A stretch of 36,003 nucleotides of DNA from positions 1 through 36,003 of the IMG/VR virus record IMGVR_UViG_3300037311_000466; one strand, given 5' to 3'. Both the position numbers and the translations under genes were made by a program. This stretch comes from a virus (Duplodnaviria; Caudoviricetes). The first letter of the stretch is position 1, and each line of letters opens with the position of its first letter. The notes under the pieces were generated by a model. That model searched no databases and was not told the origin of the DNA. It saw only the letters and a list, made by a program, of their open reading frames with translations. Positions 33,145 through 36,003 of this stretch are shown piece by piece.

Positions 33145-35190
33145 TTAGGCTTGTTTTTGATAATATTCCTTCAATTCTTGAGTTCTCAATTTCCTCATTT
33201 TTTCCAGCAGACCTTCTTGATTCCCCTCTCTCTCGTCCACCGTGTATTCTTCCCCTCCTGTATTCAATTCCCCTTCGGGTACTAGGGGGCTTTTGATTTC
33301 CCACCCTTTCAGTTCCTCCGCTTTTTGCTTGATTTGTTTTTTCACACTGGCTTGGTACTCCATAAACCTACTCAGGTTATCTTCATCCAGATCACTCTTT
33401 TCCACCTGTGCCGTTTGTACCTTCAAGTCGCTCGTCAACTCATAAGCTTCCCCCACATACACCCCATTTTGATAGATATAAGCTTTACTCCCGCCCGTAC
33501 TGGGCAATATATACACTTGCACCTCATAGCCTTTGAGCTGCGTCAAAATATCGCTTCCAGCCAAGTGGTAGTCTCGGCCATCCGCAAAAAACCGTTGATT
33601 ACGCTGGATAGTCGTTTTCTCAATCTTTTTTCCTATATAGTATGCCCAACTAGCTAAGTTAAATTTTTCCAAGTTCGGGTTAATATTTTTTTGCATCACC
33701 GCCAAACGGCTTTGCTCCCCTCCCCGCTTTGCCGGGTTGTTATTATAGTCTAAGATAATTCGCCCCGCCAAATCAAACGCCTCCCAATCTTTCAAAGCCC
33801 TAATTTTCAAATCCTGATTAAGCCGGTTTTCAATTTTTTGGGCAAATGGCCGCCCCTTAAAATCCCCGCCCAGCATTTTCTTCTCGTGCTGATACCGCAC
33901 TTTTTTTATCAATCCCTCAGCGTGTTTCTCTTGCGGATTCCCGCCCCGGCAAAATCGCACATTCGGAAACAAACCATTCAATAGCTCCACCTGCGTATTC
34001 GCGATGTGTTGTTCCACTTCTACCTCTCCCGGATTCACCTCTATACCCCAAGCCAATAAGTTTTTAAACATCTGCCTAATCGCCTGTTGAAACAAATCTG
34101 TATTTTTCTCCATTCCCATCGCCCAGCCCACACAAGCCTCACTCATCACATCAAATATCAGGTAAACCCAAAGTTTAGCCCGTTGCTTTTCCCCTTTTTT
34201 ATTCACCAACTCCACATCCAAAGCCATCACCTTATCATCCATCGTGAGTTTACTGAGGGCGTAGTTCGGTTTATTCCTATGCACGTGCGGCAGGTATTTC
34301 TGTTGAAACTGCAAACTGGATAAACGCACATAGTCTAGCTCCGCTCTACTCTCTTGTATCGTGTTATACACACTTTGTGCCGTCAGCTCCGGCCAGCCGC
34401 CCTTGCCTGTGTCCCCACTGGCTATCATTACTTCGCCGGTTTCTGGATTCACCAGTTCAATTTTGCCCAGCCTTAGTTGATTATACAAATAATGCACCTC
34501 CACGTAGTTGGGTTTATCCGCTCTGCTGGCCAGTAGTTTAATCGCCATCTTTACCCTATCATCCCTTTTCAGCGCATTACTATTACCCTTTTTCCCACTT
34601 ACCAAACATTCCAAACCCTCCTTTTTCCACGCCCACAGCTTCACTTTCATCCCCTGCACGGTATTGATTCTAATACACTGCAAGCCCCTATACAGCAATT
34701 GCCCCTTATCCCTTACTTCTAAGTCCCTAATCTGCCTCAGCATCGCTGGTATAAACTCCCCATCTTTGCTTTTAAACCCATACCCTTTGATTACTTGGGG
34801 CTTCTGACTCATAAACCGTAGCACCTCCGCACCCATCGCCACATCCATCACCTCCGCGTGATTTAAGCCCCTTTTTACCAGCCAATCTATATCCTTCGCC
34901 TTCACTGCTATAAAATCCCTCAATTGTGTCTGCAAAGCAAAGTACCGCCTCATATCCCCATACACCGCCTCAAACCTAAGCTGATGAACCGCACAAAGCG
35001 AGTCGTACAAATACAAATTCGCATTCGGGTGCAAATCCAACACCCCCAGTTCCCCGGCTTTAATGGATTGAATGGTAGAATAAGAAAGTTTTTTTTGTGA
35101 AATACCCTCACTTATAGAATCTTCCTTCACCCCAATCACCCGCGCCAGTGTCGGCAGGTCTATATAGATTTTTTGATTATAGTAATACAT
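33145..35190 (-). CDS. MuA-like transposase
   Basis: 681 aa; LVSGKKGNSNALK, RNase H core LTMDD...IFDVMSEACVGW, NPQEKHAEG and YNNNP; paired with a MuB-like gene. Confidence 0.85.
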   Translation of the reverse strand: MYYYNQKIYIDLPTLARVIGVKEDSISEGISQKKLSYSTIQSIKAGELGVLDLHPNANLYLYDSLCAVHQLRFEAVYGDMRRYFALQTQLRDFIAVKAKDIDWLVKRGLNHAEVMDVAMGAEVLRFMSQKPQVIKGYGFKSKDGEFIPAMLRQIRDLEVRDKGQLLYRGLQCIRINTVQGMKVKLWAWKKEGLECLVSGKKGNSNALKRDDRVKMAIKLLASRADKPNYVEVHYLYNQLRLGKIELVNPETGEVMIASGDTGKGGWPELTAQSVYNTIQESRAELDYVRLSSLQFQQKYLPHVHRNKPNYALSKLTMDDKVMALDVELVNKKGEKQRAKLWVYLIFDVMSEACVGWAMGMEKNTDLFQQAIRQMFKNLLAWGIEVNPGEVEVEQHIANTQVELLNGLFPNVRFCRGGNPQEKHAEGLIKKVRYQHEKKMLGGDFKGRPFAQKIENRLNQDLKIRALKDWEAFDLAGRIILDYNNNPAKRGGEQSRLAVMQKNINPNLEKFNLASWAYYIGKKIEKTTIQRNQRFFADGRDYHLAGSDILTQLKGYEVQVYILPSTGGSKAYIYQNGVYVGEAYELTSDLKVQTAQVEKSDLDEDNLSRFMEYQASVKKQIKQKAEELKGWEIKSPLVPEGELNTGGEEYTVDEREGNQEGLLEKMRKLRTQELKEYYQKQA

Positions 35191-35207
35191 TGTGTTTCTT
35201 GAGGGGG

Positions 35208-35552
35208 TTAAAATGGATTATCTAAACTTTCCTGCACTACCTTCAGCAGTACTTTCATTGTTTGTCTCACCCTACACCCTTCACAGCCGCCAATCTCACT
35301 CCCTTTCAATGTTTGCAGGGCTAGGGGCGAGCTCAAATCCTTCCTTACCAAATCATCCAAACCCACTCCATAAAAATCAGCCAATTCTATCAGCCTGTCA
35401 AGCGATGGCTCCACCACTCCCACTTCATAACTATTTAAGGTAGATCGCTTCCACCCCAGTTGGTTAGCTATCACCTTTACCGATCTCCTTCTACCCTCCC
35501 CATCCTCCTTTTTCCACCGCAAATACTTTAAATTTTCTGCCAAATAATTCAT
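35208..35552 (-). CDS. XRE-family HTH regulator
   Basis: LAENLKYLR...IANQLGWKRSTLNSYEVGVVEPSLDRLIELADFYGVGLDDLV. Confidence 0.9.
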   Translation of the reverse strand: MNYLAENLKYLRWKKEDGEGRRRSVKVIANQLGWKRSTLNSYEVGVVEPSLDRLIELADFYGVGLDDLVRKDLSSPLALQTLKGSEIGGCEGCRVRQTMKVLLKVVQESLDNPF

Positions 35553-35628
35553 ATCTTAAATTTGCTTTAAACCACTTTTTAAATATCATTAAACCGCCAT
35601 CTCACCACTTCACCATCTCGCTAATTTT

Positions 35629-36003
35629 TCACGCCGCCATCAACTCCACCTCTCCCAAAAACCTTTGTGTAATATCCGCCAATACATCCGCCCCGCTATC
35701 CCGCCGCTTTTTTATCGCCGCATACATCCCTATAAAAGCCGCTATATCTATTCCGGCTGGGTTTTCAAGCAAGTAGCTCTCTGCCTCCTCCAATACCCGC
35801 ATACTTTTGGCCCGCCCCTTACTCACCTGCCTCAGCCCCAAAAGCAAAAATTTCACGTATATCAAACTAGCCCCACTCCGCCGCGCTATCTGCACCCGCG
35901 CCCCGTGGGGCAAATATTTATTGAGCTTCTCGATATGTTTTTTCAAATCGAATTCCATACTTTTGTAAACTAGATGTTTGTTTTGATTTACAAAGTATGT
36001 CAT
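35629..36003 (-). CDS. Putative Ner/Cro-like DNA-binding protein
   Basis: LPHGARVQIARRSGASLIYVKFLLLG HTH-like segment; lies at the upstream end of the visible early operon. Confidence 0.5.
   Translation of the reverse strand: MTYFVNQNKHLVYKSMEFDLKKHIEKLNKYLPHGARVQIARRSGASLIYVKFLLLGLRQVSKGRAKSMRVLEEAESYLLENPAGIDIAAFIGMYAAIKKRRDSGADVLADITQRFLGEVELMAA

Larger units (their letters stand above)
733..36003. mobile_element. Mu-like transposable prophage (contractile tail); right boundary lies beyond the window and the left boundary is approximate
   Basis: MuA/MuB pair, Mu-type portal, gpF, gpG and gp36, sheath/tube/baseplate set and a terminal Mom-like gene; no obvious disrupted genes. Confidence 0.92.

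Noticed and set aside
28373-35973. + strand ORFs in the early region (for example 30087..30650, 33325..33657, 35192..35443, 35665..35973) and the alternate-frame ORF 33002..33304
   Set aside because: Shadows of coding genes with biased composition; none resembles a repressor.

Overview
Nearly complete Mu-like transposable prophage with a contractile tail, most likely in a Bacteroidota (Cytophagales-like) host, judged from protein families and a TAnnTTTG promoter. It is inverted relative to the usual Mu map. A probable host metallophosphoesterase gene lies at 1..732, followed by a Mom-like DNA-modification module (804..1950). A leftward late operon (18045 to 1924) encodes protease, capsid, lysis, sheath, tube, baseplate and fibres. 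A divergent rightward operon (18166 to 26161) encodes terminase, a portal-gpF fusion, tape measure and neck proteins. A leftward early/middle operon (36003 to 26606) encodes HTH regulators, MuA, MuB, a second ATPase, a Gam-like protein, an amidase, a GemA-like protein and a DciA-like protein. The repressor and the other phage end are outside the window. The standout observation is a non-canonical tRNA-Gly(UCC)-like gene starting 6 nt after the Mom-like stop codon. It keeps the GlyRS identity elements but has lost the D-loop/T-loop consensus, so it is a candidate dedicated glycyl donor for DNA hypermodification. Other signals are a phage DciA/DUF721 homolog, five copies of a TAA-N5-TGATTATCA-N5-TTA palindrome just upstream of start codons, REP-like repeats read in frame inside phage genes, a holin fused to a nested lipoprotein, a signal-peptide beta-helix protein in the tail cluster, and a -1 frameshift in a duplicated tail chaperone. 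All family calls come from motif recognition by eye, not from database searches.
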